DNA from: the human T2T-CHM13v2.0 reference genome, Homo sapiens
Length of the DNA stretch: 64,000 nt
Direction: 5' to 3'
Assembly: GCA_009914755.4 (NCBI GenBank)
Contig: CP086569.2
Location: forward strand, 24,672,001-24,736,000
The position numbers and the translations under genes are program-made. Positions within the stretch are counted from its first letter, which is position 1; each line of letters opens with the position of its first letter. The notes under the pieces are model-generated. The model did not search any database, was not told the origin of the DNA, and saw nothing but the letters and a program-made list of their open reading frames with translations. Of the stretch, positions 11,546 through 25,034 are shown in pieces.

Positions 11546-12437
11546 AACTGCCTCAGCTCTAGCACTGGGAATCAGTCCCCGTGCTGTGCTTGCGGAGTCT
11601 TGTGGACCAGCAAGAGGAAGCTGTCTCCTGACATCGCCCCTCCAACGTGCACCACCTCCATTGAGCTTCCGGGACATGCGTGGCCTGCGGACAGCTAGCC
11701 CCCGCCATCCCTCCCACCCTTCTGGCCAAGCATGGCGGTGCTGTGCAGGCAGCTGTGTGGCCTGACAGCCTCTACCAGTCCTGCTGTCCCTTGGCTGAGA
11801 AACCCATTTCTGGATGACAGAGAATGTGTCCTCTGCTGGCTGTGTTCTCTATGGACCTCAGGGGACGGAAAAAGCCAAGCCATTTTTAAGGTGTTGTTGG
11901 GAGCAGTGAAAAGGTCACACCCTTTTCAAGGGACACTTTTCCTGGAAAGTCCCTGGAGCTTAGCTGGATCTCACCCTGTGAAGCCAGCTCTGGCCACTAG
12001 GGGACAGGGCCCTGAACTCAGCCTGGAGGGAACCTGCGGGGCAGCCGGCACTCTGGAGGGACAGACAGGCCACCTGGTGCAGACAGGAGAGGGAGGCAGG
12101 GGGACAGAACGGAAGACACTTAGGGTGGATGGAAGTCAGTGCCCTTGGGCGCAGGTATCTGCCTTCCCTGCCACAGCTACATCAGGCTTCTCAACCAGTT
12201 GGCTGTCAGGGCCAGACTGTACTCCGTAGGTGACATGGCAGTCCCCATGAAATCCACCAGGTGTCACCAGGCAGCATACAGGTAACAGGCCTGGAAGGTC
12301 CCCAACAGCCCAGCTGGACATTCTGAGACACTCTGGGGCTCCTCATTCAGTGGGACAAACTGCAGGACCCAGTGAGGGAAACAGGAACATACCAGGCCGA
12401 GCAGTATGGCTAAATCCATTTATTCCAAAATCAAAAG

Positions 12438-12460
12438 CAAAAAAAAAAAAAAAAAAAACC
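12438..12460 (+). repeat. A21 homopolymer preceded by an ATTTATT-like motif; possible end of the DNM1P 3'UTR-homologous segment
   Basis: ccatttattccaaaatcaaaagc + 21 A. The cause (transcript-derived versus genomic A-run) cannot be decided from sequence. Confidence 0.4.
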
Positions 12461-13009
12461 GAGTACCATCACCAGGGAGCCATGACCCCATCCCCGCCTC
12501 CTTCCTTGCTCCTATGCTAGCAATAAATAAGTTTCCCAGCCGTGAACAATTATAAGAACCTCTTCCTCATATGCCAGCTGCAACCTCCGGTAGGTACGAT
12601 ACAGAATGTTACACAGATACAGTATGTACACGGGGGAAGGGGGGCCACCCCCAGCAGCCTGTGCCCTCACCTCATCTACAGTTATCTCCACTGTCCCGCC
12701 TCAGCTGCCTCTCTGAGTAAGAAGATGGGAGCCCCCCTGAGGGAAAAGTTGCTTTGGTGAGAGTAAGGAGGCCATCAGACCTCCTCCAAACAAACCAACT
12801 CCACCAACCTCTGGCTCTTACATAACAAACATCATCATCCAGAAATGTAAGGACTCAGGCTTGGTCAAGGTGGTAAAGGGTCTCTTTGTCTCCCTCCATT
12901 AGACAGGGGTCTTGTCTTGCTACCCTAATGGTAAAGGAGTGACAGGGAAGGGGTTGTAGGGACATGGTAGGGGTGAAGAATCCAGACCCACTTCTCCAGG
13001 CGTATGCTG

Positions 13010-13220
13010 ACAGGGGCCTTCTTTTATTTATTTTTATTTTTATCCCATGATGTTTTTTTAAGTCCTGTAACTTCTTTTTCAGGATGTTTTGAAAAAAAAT
13101 TTCATAAAACTTTTTTTACTTTTTTTCCACAATTTTTTTGCCACAACTTGTCCACAGTATTTTTTATCCCGTAACTTTTTCATCCCACAACTTTTTTAAA
13201 TTCCTGTCACTTTTTTAGTT
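13010..13220. repeat. T-rich quasi-periodic tract (about 20-bp units of type cc(a/c)caacttttttt)
   Basis: Reiterated ...tcccatgatgttttttt / cctgtaacttcttttt / ccacaatttttttg / ccacaacttgtcc / cccgtaacttttt / cccacaactttttt / cctgtcactttttt. Confidence 0.5.
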
Positions 13221-15900
13221 TGTGTTCTTTTAATAAACACACTTACATAGTTACAATTTTGTAAGAATAAAAACCGATTATCTCATGCCAAGCATACCCA
13301 GAATTTGCAGAGTCTCAATACCCAATACTATAGTTTTCAAGACACACAAAATTTTTAGGCAAAACAGCACCTTGAAACAATTTAATAATGTATTACATTA
13401 TAGTAGCATCACAAAAGCAGTCAATAATGCCACTTTAGACAAAAATCAGTATTTCCATTATGCATTCTGTGTATAAGAATTCATAAATCAGTAAAAGTCA
13501 TTCTAAGAAAACTTGGCAAATACAGCTTTGGACTGGAATTGGCATTTCTTTGTCTACTTTCCTTCCCCTACATTCTTTGTTTTAAACAACAGTATTCATA
13601 TTTTAAAATGTTTTAAATTATTTTAAGACATTAATATAGCAGTTACATTTTTGAATAGTTATTTGAAAGTGACTGTAAGATAAAGTTTTAGAGAATCTAT
13701 TATGGATAGGGTTGGCTTACATTTTCACATTTTCTAAAAATCAGCTTTGGTTTTAGAACTGATTGTTTTTCATTTCCGGAAAACCTACCAGGTTTAATCA
13801 ATTACTTTAAAAATAATTATCATATTTTGCAGTCTTTAAATAGGTGTTTTGATTCTTTACTCCCTGAAGAAATTCAAATTTATTCAGTTGAAGTCACATT
13901 TTTAAATTCTATGTTCCTGCTGAACTCTAACCTTCTAATGTTGCCTTCTAAGCAAATTAAAAGCTGCCTTATACTGAATGAGGTAGAGAACAAATACTTG
14001 GCTGAATGAGGTACTGCAAAAGACTGCATGCACTTTGAAGAAAGACTTGAGTTATTGTCATAGGATTTCCATTCTCTTTAGCTTTTTCTTAAACATATGA
14101 CAAAATACCTACACAAAGAGTGGTATTTGAATTAATATAGTATATTTATATTTCAGACTGACATTCAGCTTAAATATGCCAGTATGTGATTTAATCCAGA
14201 GGTACCTGATGAACACATTATTGTCAGATTGGTTACAGTTGCTAAATGCTATCTGAAGGTCATTCCTAGTCATTTATGTGTCAGGGTAAAAGTGAAGTGA
14301 TTTGAACTATAAAAATACCTTTGAAATAATTTATCAATGTATTAGATAAGCTCAGTTTCAGAATGATAAACAAAAACTGTTAGACCAAATAACATGGCTA
14401 ATTAACAGTGGTATGATTTCTAGCCCGAGGGTTTAAAATGGAGTTAAAGTAAGTGTCTTTAAACTGAACTCAAAGAATGCAAAAGCAGCAAGTTCAGAAA
14501 AGGCAAGAACAGGACCTTTAGTCCATTTTAAGCCATAAATATTACAAAAAATATGCCTCTAACTGAAACTGAGAGGTATAAAAACATATTTCACTCTTCA
14601 TAAAGAACTTTGTGAGGAAATATAACTGATTGTATAGACACTTTCCTCATGACACTTTGACATTCACAAACAGTAGATTGTGCTGCAGTTTGTAAACATT
14701 TTAAGTTGCATAAACTGCTCCTTGATTTTCAAATGTAGTATAATACTGTCTACTAAAATTCCTTTTTGTTTCAACTAAGTACTCTCGCTATATTAGTTTA
14801 TAACAATGTTTGTTATTATTTTTAAAGTGTTCTCCATTCAAGGAAAATAAGTAAATTCCTATGTCAGACGGTTGAACACTAGCTATTAGCCAGAGAGGTC
14901 TAGATGGTAAAATCCATCTTCTAGCCTCAAATAAGCTATATGAACATAGAGGAATGCCAGGTGTCACACAGCTTTCCTTCACTCAAATTCATTCTTGACT
15001 AGAGCCTGTATGCCTGTTCCAGGGACATTTAAACTCTTAAAGGATTTCTTCTGATCTTTACTAAATACAATAAGGAGAATGCCAACCAGTGCCCTTTTGT
15101 GTACTGGGACATGTAGTCATGTGATTAAAACAGGGAACATGAACTCTGACTTTAAAATGTTTGTAGATATAAATGCTCTCAGCTAGAAAAGTTTTTCCAC
15201 ATCCACAGTCATGATGGGAGCCTTTCATTCCTCAGAAATAATCCCTTTTCATGTCGTCAAAAAAGAGTACAACTGCCACAGCTCATGAGGCAGTATCTTC
15301 ATGAGCCCAGAGCACATACAAATCCTAAGGGAACTACCATAGTACAGTGCTCATTCTTGGCACCGGAACAAATGAAACATATTCTATCCTGCACACACCT
15401 ACCAGAGCAGGCCACTTTCCTCTTTTGGGAGATTTAAAAACCTCCCCAAAATGTTATTACTCCCATCCCCAATACACAGAAAAAGGGGGAAAAGCTGTTT
15501 CCAGTGCTTCACCTTTAAACAACTGTAAATGTCAGTACTCACAGTGGCATATTACAAAGTAATAGACCGTGCACTTGAGGGCAGACCACATATTGAGCTA
15601 ATGAAGAGCTCACTGTGATTAGGATTTGATCAAACATAACAGCAGAACATAAGGAAATTTTATCTGAATTCCGTAATGAATATACATGCTGTACTAACAT
15701 TTAAAAAGCATGGCAGCCTATCCCAAACCAGCAAGAAAAGTTGTATGCACATAGTGGGTCTTTGGGTGTTTGAACTCCCACCACATAAGGGCAAACTTGA
15801 TATGCATGCTAACATCCTATAATTATCAAATTTTAAAAAATGCTAAAGGATGCCAGAGTGAACATGAGGGAAAGACCCACTCTCATTTAACTTTTTACAA

Positions 15901-15990
15901 ATAAATTTAAACTATAAATTAGAAACACAAATAAATTTAAACTATAAATTAGAAACACAAATAAATTTAAACTATAAATTAGAAACACAA
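15901..15990. repeat. Perfect 3 x 30-bp tandem repeat (ataaatttaaactataaattagaaacacaa)
   Basis: Three identical adjacent copies plus a partial fourth (ataaacataa). It is AT-rich and minisatellite-like. Confidence 0.95.
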
Positions 15991-16984
15991 ATAAACATAA
16001 GTGGCTCTAACTTTCAAATGAAGTAAATGAATTGTGTGGGAGACTAACCCCTTAACTTTTTTTTTTTTTTAATTTCTTGACCAGCTCTTAGATGATGGTG
16101 ATGTTTATCTCCCTGTTCTCGGCAGCCCAAAAAGAATGGCATGCAGCATCTCCTGCTCCTCCTGCAGCCTCTCCTGTACCAACAGCTTCTCCACCCAAGC
16201 CTGGGTGCTCCTGGGGAGTCCTGCATTAGAGGAAGGAGCTGCTGGATCTGCTGTGCAGTGGGGTTGTCATGGAGAGAACCCTCCCTGTCCTCTCCTGGTG
16301 CAGCCTCCACGCTACCAGTGAGGCTCACCTCACTAAGATCTTCAGAGAGAGGGAGGGGGGTGGGAATCTGAGCACAGTGCCAGCCTCCCCTGCTCCTGCC
16401 TGCCCACCCCACCTGAGGGCTCTACTCACCACACTGCTTGTCCGCACACCCAAGCTCCTGTGGGATCAGGGCTCCTAGAGCGGTACACAGGTACTGGTCT
16501 TGCTGCTGCCGCAGACTTGGAGCCTCTTGGCTCTTCAGCTTCACCTGCCGGAAGACCCTGGGCATGAGGGCATGTGGTGGCTGGCTTCCAGATTCCTGGC
16601 CCATTAATAGGGTAGCAAGGGCACCGTGGGGCTCTGTGGCCTGCCCAGGCCGTGGACCCTTGCTCCAGCCCTAAGAGACTGCCTCCCTTGCCTGGAACCC
16701 CATGCCTCCTTCCCCAGCCTCAAATCTCACATCCTTTTTCCCAGCATTTAAACTGTAGACCAAAGACTGATGGAAAAGCAGGGGGAGCCAACCACCATCT
16801 GCTAAGTGTGCTACATGCCTAATGTTTCCACGTATTATCTCATTTAATCCTCAGCACCTCTGCAAGGAAAAGGCTAACTTCGTTTTGAAGTTAAAGAAAC
16901 AGAGACTTAGAGATGCAAAGTAGTTGAATTATGACCAGTGGAACCAAGGCCAGAATCCAGTTTGAATCTAAGGAGTCTTGTTTT

Positions 16985-17335
<351 letters not shown>

Positions 17336-18214
17336 TGATTGGGGGGCTCCATGCCTCTAGCTGGGATGATGATGTCCAGACCTGGGAGGAGCCCAGGGCT
17401 ACCCACCTCTAAAAGTCAGAGGGCCGGAAGCAGAAACAGTCATAGGACTGCACTGGAGGGTGCTGGGGTCACCTGCCCTCAGGCTGCAGCTGCCTCTGGC
17501 CTGGCACATCCCCTCCCCAGAGGCTGGTGCCTGCCTCTCACATCTTCTTGGAGGGGTCGGAGATTACCGTCTCTTTCAGCTCACCCGGCTTCTTCAGCTC
17601 CTTTACTTGTTCCTCCAACTGCATTGCGCTCTTGTTCTCATTGTTCTGGACAGAGAGAAACAATCAGTGGCCACCCACTAAAACTGGAGACCCCAGAACT
17701 TAGTGTCTGCCTCCCATGGCACCAGGAAGGGTGGAGGCAGTTTAGAAAAATCATACCCTGTCTCCCACAGCCATCAGAGCAGGGCTCCGTCTCACAGGTG
17801 CCTTTAGAAGTACCACTTCATGTGAAGGCTACAATGCCCCATTTTACAGGTGGGGAAACAAGGGCCTTGAGGGCTAGGGAAGAGGGCAGCCTCCCCAGGT
17901 GGGGCAACGCACCAGCTCCTTGAAGCCGCTGTGTGACTCCGCCCTCTGCTCATAGAGGGCTTCCCAACCCAGCTCCAGCATCCTCTCCAGCACCCACATC
18001 CTCTCCAGCTCCCACAGAGTCTCCTGCTGCCACAGTCTCTCATCCTGCTCCCAAAGCCTCTCCTGTTCCAGCAGCTCCTCCACCTTGTCCAGCAGCCTCT
18101 CCCTCTCCAGCAGCCTCTCCTGCTCCTCTTGCCACCTCTCCTGTTCTAACAGCTTCGCCACCTCTTCCAGCAGCCTCTCCTACCCTGGCAGCTTTTCCTG
18201 TTCACACAGCCTCT

Positions 18215-18345
18215 CCTCCTATTCACATAGCCTCTCCTCCTGTTCACATAGCCTCTCCTTCTGTTCATGTAGCCTCTCCTCCTGTTCACGTAGCCTCTCC
18301 TCCTGTTCACGTAGCCTCTCCTTCTGTCTCCTGTTCAGGAGACTC
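18215..18345 (-). repeat. 21-bp (heptad-encoding) coding tandem repeat in the GOLGA6L coiled-coil exon: EQEERL(R/C/H) units
   Basis: On the + strand, cctctcctcctgttcacatag / ...cacgtag units are repeated about 6 times. The antisense reading gives the spurious Pro/Ala/Ser-rich ORF 17933..18601. Confidence 0.85.
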
Positions 18346-21300
18346 AACATCTGATTGTTTTCCACCTCAGCCTGGAGCTGTCTTCCCACACTCTCCAGCT
18401 CCTTCCTTAGGTGGTTGGTCTCATCTTGTAGCTGCTCCACCTCAGAGGGCCCTGCTGGGGGCTCTGGGGCCAGGGGTTCAGCTGAGAAAGGAAGCAGACA
18501 ATAAGGGCCTCTGGACTCTCAAAAAAAAAAAACAAAAAAAAAACCTCCCTTTGTTGGACAGCTCCTCCTCTCAGGCTTCCCAAACTTGGCCTCACTGCTA
18601 ATGACTCCTCACACCCGGATGACAGCTAATCTTCCAAGTCACTTTCACATAGAGAGCACTGTGGGTGGCTGACAATGGGCATTCCTCCCTCTTTACTGAT
18701 GCGGACACTGAGGCTCATGGAGATGACAAGACTTGCTGTCTCCTGGCACAGACCTCTTTCCCTCTGCCTCAAAGCCCTTCCATCCACCCACCTCCCTGGG
18801 GCATTCTAAGTCACCCCCACAGCCCTCTGATGCCAGTCCTCCTCCCAGGTCATGCCAGCCCCATCTTACCCATCTGGTTTTGGTAAACCCAAGCTTCTGT
18901 ACTCGATGTATCTCATGCTTCTTCTCCTCCTTCGATGTGCGAACGTGCCCAAAGCACAGGGAGGAGAGGGCCCTGGAGAGAGGGGCTGCTGAACCTGTAG
19001 AGACAGAGTTTGAGAAAGTCCCACCTCCCTTCTGCCAGCTTGTGATTTAGAAAGGTGCATTCATTCAACACTTACTGAGCATGTACAGGCCAGGAACAGA
19101 TCTTCATAGCAGAGATATAAGAGAGCAAAGAACAGACAGGAGCCCTTGGCCCTGAGGTTTCCATTCTAAGGGCCTTTAAATCTCTTTCAGAGCTAACAGT
19201 GACCTTTGATACTCTCTACCTCCTCCAGAAACACGAGCCTAAGGAGGAGAGATGGCTTGTCCAGACTCAAAAAGCAAATTAGGGACTGAGGCAGGGCAGA
19301 AATATGGGCCCCTGACAACCAGTCAGGCTAGTGCTTCCCTGAGAGGTGACAAACCCAGGGCATGTGTGGCAACAACTAGAGCAAGGGTGTCTGGAGAAGA
19401 GAGAGTCAGCAAAGAGGGCAGTGGAGAAGAGCCACGCTGCATGTTCTGTGCTCTGGGGTCCCTCCAGGTGAGGCCTGGGTGCCCCAGCTCCCCACTGGTC
19501 CTGGCATCAGGGGCCCCTAGCCCCTTTCTTCAGGGCCCCAAGAGGAAACTGGAGTCCAGGATTGACCAGCTGGAATCAGGGGACCCCACTGGACTCTTAC
19601 CAGTGAATTGATGTTTTCACTGAGTTGACTGATTATTGCGGAGCTTGAATCCAGGGCTACTGCTAGTTCTTGGTACTGGCTCTGAGGTGCATGCAGAGAG
19701 GAGGAGTTGGAGGAAGATTGTGGGGAGGGGTAGAGAAAACAATCATTAGGGCTGGTGGGGGCGTGTAGGCTGTCTCAGCTGGCAGAGGGGCAACAAGCCC
19801 CTGCTGTGGGAGGAGGTTGGAGGGCTGGCCTGCAGGGTCACTGCACCTCAGCCCAGGGCCTCTTACCTCCAGATCCTCCAGGGTAGCAGATGATGCAGGG
19901 CCCTCCCTGTAGATACCTGTTGCTGACTGCAAGAGATGAGAGTGCATATGGAGATGTTCTGTCCCCCCTCACTGTCTAAGCCCTCTGACTTCCTTTCTTC
20001 CCCCATCAACTGGCAAAAGCTTCTTTTCTGCCTATCTTGGACCCTTTGTCCCATAACTCCTTTGTGCCAACTTCTGTCATGGTTCTTATCTCCCCACCAT
20101 CCCACCGTGGGGCCCTTTCAGTGACTCCTAAAGGGACAGCCTGATGGCAAGTGGCTCTTCTCATTAGCCTGGCTTCCTCTTGAGACTGAGGATGAGGAAA
20201 ATCAAACAGCAATGACCATTTTCTGGGTGTCCTGGGTGTTTTCAGCAGGCCATATACTAAGGATTCACATAAAAGCAACAATAATAAATCTGATTTAAAT
20301 TTAACAAATGGAAGTCAAAAAATACCACCTCTATTATACAGATGTGAAAAGAGAGGCCCAAAGACCTCAAGCAACTTACCCTAAATCATATGCTAATCAA
20401 TCCCTAATCAATCCTTAGCAGATGGAGAGGCAGGATTCAAACCCAGAATTCTTAACCAGTACCCAACAGTCCATCCACAATCTTAAAAATTACCCTCTAC
20501 TGCCCCTTGGGCCCCCTGTCCCCAGGAGCCTGGCCCGCCAAGACTCACATCCCCAGGTGAGTGGTAACCACCAGAAGTGGCTGTGTCAGGGCTACTGCCA
20601 TTGATTTTCTTTTTCCTGTTAGCTCCTTCTGGAATGCCAGGGCTCTTCCTCTGCCAATATTCTTTTAACTGTGGGAAAAAAAGAGCAGTAACACTCATGA
20701 GAATGATCAGCCCCTACAGCCACATCCTCCTTTACAGTTTTGACAAAATACTCTTATATACCATCTGGTTTAATGCCACCAACAATTGGACAAGGTGTTG
20801 TCACAGTCATTTAGTGATTGAGAGGGATTGATATCATGGATAGAAAAAAAAATGTCAAAACTGGAACTGAAACTCAGTCCTCTGACTCCAAGCTCTGGAG
20901 TTTTCCATGAATCAGCAGCTGCCAGGGACCAAAACAAGGGGTAGAGGTAGAAAAGTAAACATTAAGCAGGCAGGAACTGTAGGCCGTGTGGTTTAGAGTC
21001 ATACATCCTCACAGGTCTGCTAGCGTGAAAAAGCACACCAGTACCTCCCACACTTTCATATCAATGTGTCTTCATGGCAGAAGGCAGCTTTTCTGTTAAA
21101 TCTGGGAATTTATCAGAAAGAGGACAACCCAAGCCTCATTTCAGAGAGAAGTCTGGTATACACTTGGAAACCTATGTGTCTGTCATCCCTAAGTACATTA
21201 ATGTTTTTTCTCAAGAGAATCAAGGGAAAATGATGCTTCAGAAAGATGTCCCACATTTATCCTGTGGCACTCAAAGTACCCTAGGTTGAGATGATATGAG

Positions 21301-21838
21301 GAAGATTCAAGCTGTCAAGTTCAGTTTCCCAAGATCTATTCCACAGAAGATGAGCAAATCTCACTTCAGAGACCACTGACTGAAGGTCAGTCTGGTCCCA
21401 GAACCATGGAGAACTCAGAAAATATGTTAAAGTCTCTCTGGAAGGTATAAGCCTGGGAGAAAACCAAACCAAACCCATTCTCCCATTGCTGCCCAGAGAT
21501 ACTGTCAATGTTTTGAGCTCACAGGAAGTGTAAGCTTTTCACACTGTGAATTAGACATTGTTCACGGTGTAAAGCAGCCTGAAACTTCTTGCTCATAAGT
21601 CCCATAGTCCCCACTCCCCTTCCAGCTGGAAATTTGTGCTGCAACCAGAGGAACCAGAAATGGGGTGAGAAAACTTAGGGGACTGGGTTGTAAAATCAAA
21701 GGCCGGTCTTGCAGCAGTAATGACAGTTCCTCGTGGGACTGTGACATCACTACATTCCACTCCTCCCAGGGGAGGGGACCACATCGGCTTGATGCCCAAG
21801 TTGCCGCTCCATGATGGGGGAGGGAAACACAGGGTTTT

Positions 21839-22135
21839 GACCCAGGTCCTCGGAGATGCCAGTCCAAGAAGCCCAGGGAGGTCGAGCTTGGGGCAGCAAG
21901 AGGGGAGGGCCGAGTCTGCAGTAGGGAGCCCCGGGAGTCAAAAAAGTCACCCAGGTATGACTGGCCAGGGCGGGGCCCGGGGCTGGGGGACCCAGCTCCT
22001 GGGAGACACAAGCCCAAAGAGCCCAGGGAGGTTGGGCTTGGGGTGGCAGGAGGTGAGGTCCGAGTATGGAGCAGGGAGCCCCAGGAGTCACCCTCCCAAA
22101 GTCACCCTGTGGTGACTGGCAAGGGCAAGGACTGA
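21839..22135. repeat. Diverged tandem duplication (about 150 bp x 2) in GOLGA6L intron 1
   Basis: gacccaggtcctcggagatgccagtccaagaagcccagggaggtcgagcttggggcagcaagaggggagggccgagtctgcagtagggagccccgggagtca... is repeated as gacccagctcctgggagacacaagcccaaagagcccagggaggttgggcttggggtggcaggaggtgaggtccgagtatggagcagggagccccaggagtca... Confidence 0.8.
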
Positions 22136-22395
22136 GTGGCTTGCTGAAGGGGTGGGGCTGACTGACAAGACTTTGGTTGGGGGAGCCCAGAGGCGCTGGT
22201 GTTGGGGGGCCTAGTCTGGTATGCCTCAGGAGTGGTATGGACTCTGCCACCGGTCTTGTCATCGGAGGGGATCTGTGGCTGGGTTGGGGGCCATGACCTG
22301 GTGCGTTTTACCTTTTTCTTGGCTGCAGCCAATTTCCCCTGTTGTGTGTTTTCTGACATCGTGGGGTGGGGAGGGAGGCGGGGTTGGGGCCACAT

Positions 22396-22700
22396 CAGCA
22401 AAATCCCAGTGAGCACTGCTGAATGCCTCCAGTCACCTACAAGGCAGCTGTGCGACTGAACCACAGGTGGTGTAACCAGGGCACCAATGTAACACAGAAT
22501 AGGGGCTTGGCCTTAATGCTCCAAGCCCATTGGTCAGTGAGAAAGATGAAAGGGAAAGGAGGCGTGTCCAGGCAGCAGCATGTCCAGAGGGACCTGTGGC
22601 ATCATAAGGAAAGCTGGCCATGCAACTGCTGTCCCCGCCCACTAAGAGAGAGGGGAGGGGCCGCCCAATCTGGGAGAGGGGAGGGGCTGGCTTTTGCTTT
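22396..22700 (-). promoter_or_regulatory. Putative GOLGA6L promoter and 5'UTR: a GC box and CCAAT boxes upstream of the exon-1 ATG, in minus-strand sense
   Basis: Minus-strand motifs gggcgggg (RC of ccccgccc about 22633), attgggcgg (about 22664) and gaccaatgggc (about 22530). The region is GC-rich and immediately 5' of the MWPQPRL start. Confidence 0.4.
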
Positions 22701-23025
22701 AAAAGCTTTAAAACTGTAAAAAATAAACTTTAAAAAATATATGTGTGTATACTTTATATATGTGTGTCTGTGTGTATCTATGTGTTCCTCCAGAGCTGTC
22801 TTCATTATCCAGCTTCTATGCAAAGTCTATGATTTTGGCCTATATTTTTCATCTTCAAATGGAACACAAGAATTACCAGTATTACCTTAACTGAAATATA
22901 GATCCTATATAAATGGAAAATCCATAGAATTCTTGATGATTAATGAAGCCAACTATAGTATCCGACATTCCAATAACAGAAAATAATCACAATGATTTCT
23001 CTTTTTTGGAAAAATGTTTGTCTTA

Positions 23026-23454
<429 letters not shown>

Positions 23455-24648
23455 TTAAAGCTCTTTACTGGTTTAAAACAAATACAAGGCCCATTTTTCT
23501 AGAATCACCTGGCCTCTCTAAGCCTTGCAAATGAAACTGAATTTCTCACTTGATACCTGGCTATGACTTGCAATCATGAAAACCAAGAATTGTGTTATGT
23601 CACTGTGTATTGCTTGTTACCTGAAATCCACACTAGGCTGGGATCAAGGGTTGAATCTTTCATGATTTTCTCCATAACCTGTGTGCTTCTTATCCCAGAC
23701 CAAACTAAGCTTTTTTCTAGAGTTCTACAATTTACACTTAATAGACAAGAGTGGTTCTCAAAATGTAGTCTATGGACTAGCAGCACCAGCAGCACCTGAG
23801 ACCTTTTTATAAGTGCAAATTCTCAGGCCCCACCCTGGACCTGGTGAATCAGAAACTCTGGAGTAGGGTTCAGCAATCTGTGCTGCAGTAATCCCTCCAG
23901 GTGTTCAAGAACCTCTGGCATACAGCAGTTAGTAAAATGTGTTTACTTCTGTAGGTCCAAAGCCAGGGTTGCCATATGGTCTGCCTTGTTATGAAACAAT
24001 GACATGCAATTAAAAGACAAGAATCTCCTTCCTACTCGCACCCTCCATCCAATGTGTTTTATTTTTATGAGTTCCATAAGAAAAACAAGTGGCAATCAGA
24101 GATTTAGTCTAAAAAGTATGTTTACAAGTGTCCGTTCTCATCCAGCCTGATCGCCTACAAAACCATTTACATCCTCTTACATCTCAAGTTTTAAAAAAGT
24201 ATCTTCACAATGTAAGACTCAAGCACACTAGCAGTTCTATAATAAAACACCAAGTAGATCAGAATGTCCAACCTTACTAGAGAAGAAAAGTGCAATCATT
24301 GGCCATATTTTCAAATTGCATTCAACAGGAAATTTAAGTTTTGAATTTTTTTCACCTTCATACTTCCAAAGTAATAGAATTAAAGCAGAATATGCCATTC
24401 TTTCAAATACTCTAGCCAGGCAAAGTTTTACTGTATTATTTCTTGCTTTCAATGGATATAAAGCAGATTCCTGGTAGGCACATTCTGTGTACCTTCAAAG
24501 ATGCAGAACTAAACAGTTCCATCTGTTCAATATTAAACCAAAAGTCCTGTAGACCGCGGATGGTGAGTGTAATACTTCAGCACTAGCCCAAAGCCTCAAA
24601 TATGAAAACATACCAAGAACACCACTACCAAACAAAACTAAACTCTCT

Positions 24649-24925
24649 GTCAGGAGCAGTAGCTGACACCTGTAATCCCAGCACTTTGGCAAGCTGAGGT
24701 GGGAGGATTACTTGAAGTCAGGAGTTCAAGACTAGCCTGGGCAGCATAGAGAATTCACATCTCCACAAAAATTTTTAAACATTAGCTGGGTGTGGTGGCA
24801 CACAGCTGTAGTCCTAGCTACTTGGCAGGCTGAGGTGGGAAAATTGCTTGAGGCGAGGAGTTCAAGGCTGCAGTAGCTATGATTATGGCACTGCACTCCA
24901 GTCTGGGTGACAGAGCGAGACTTAG
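24649..24925 (+). mobile_element. Alu (+), older subfamily
   Basis: gtcaggagcagtagctgacacctgtaatcccagcactttgg...tgggtgacagagcgagactt. Confidence 0.85.
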
Positions 24926-25034
24926 ATAATTACATTTTCTCCTGCTCCTGTTTACACTAAAATCACGAAGTTAAAAGGCTTTCAAATTTGGCAGGATAAA
25001 AATTAAGTGAAATGTGACTTTGGAGCTTGGCTAA

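Noticed and set aside
12438-12460. Interpreting the A21 run as proof that the DNM1 segment is a processed (retrotransposed) pseudogene
   Set aside because: The DNM1P exons here are separated by intron-like sequence with AG/GT boundaries (7309/7554 and 7754/11196), so the copy is genomic and unprocessed. The A-run is more likely an intrinsic A-rich tract or the tail of an unrecognised repeat.
17933-18601. 222-aa Pro/Ala/Ser-rich ORF on + (PAPTSSPAPTESPAATVSHPAPKASP...[23 protein letters not shown]) that looks like a novel repetitive protein
   Set aside because: It is the antisense reading of the GOLGA6L EQEERL heptad repeat exon; its periodicity simply mirrors the 21-bp coding repeat on the minus strand.
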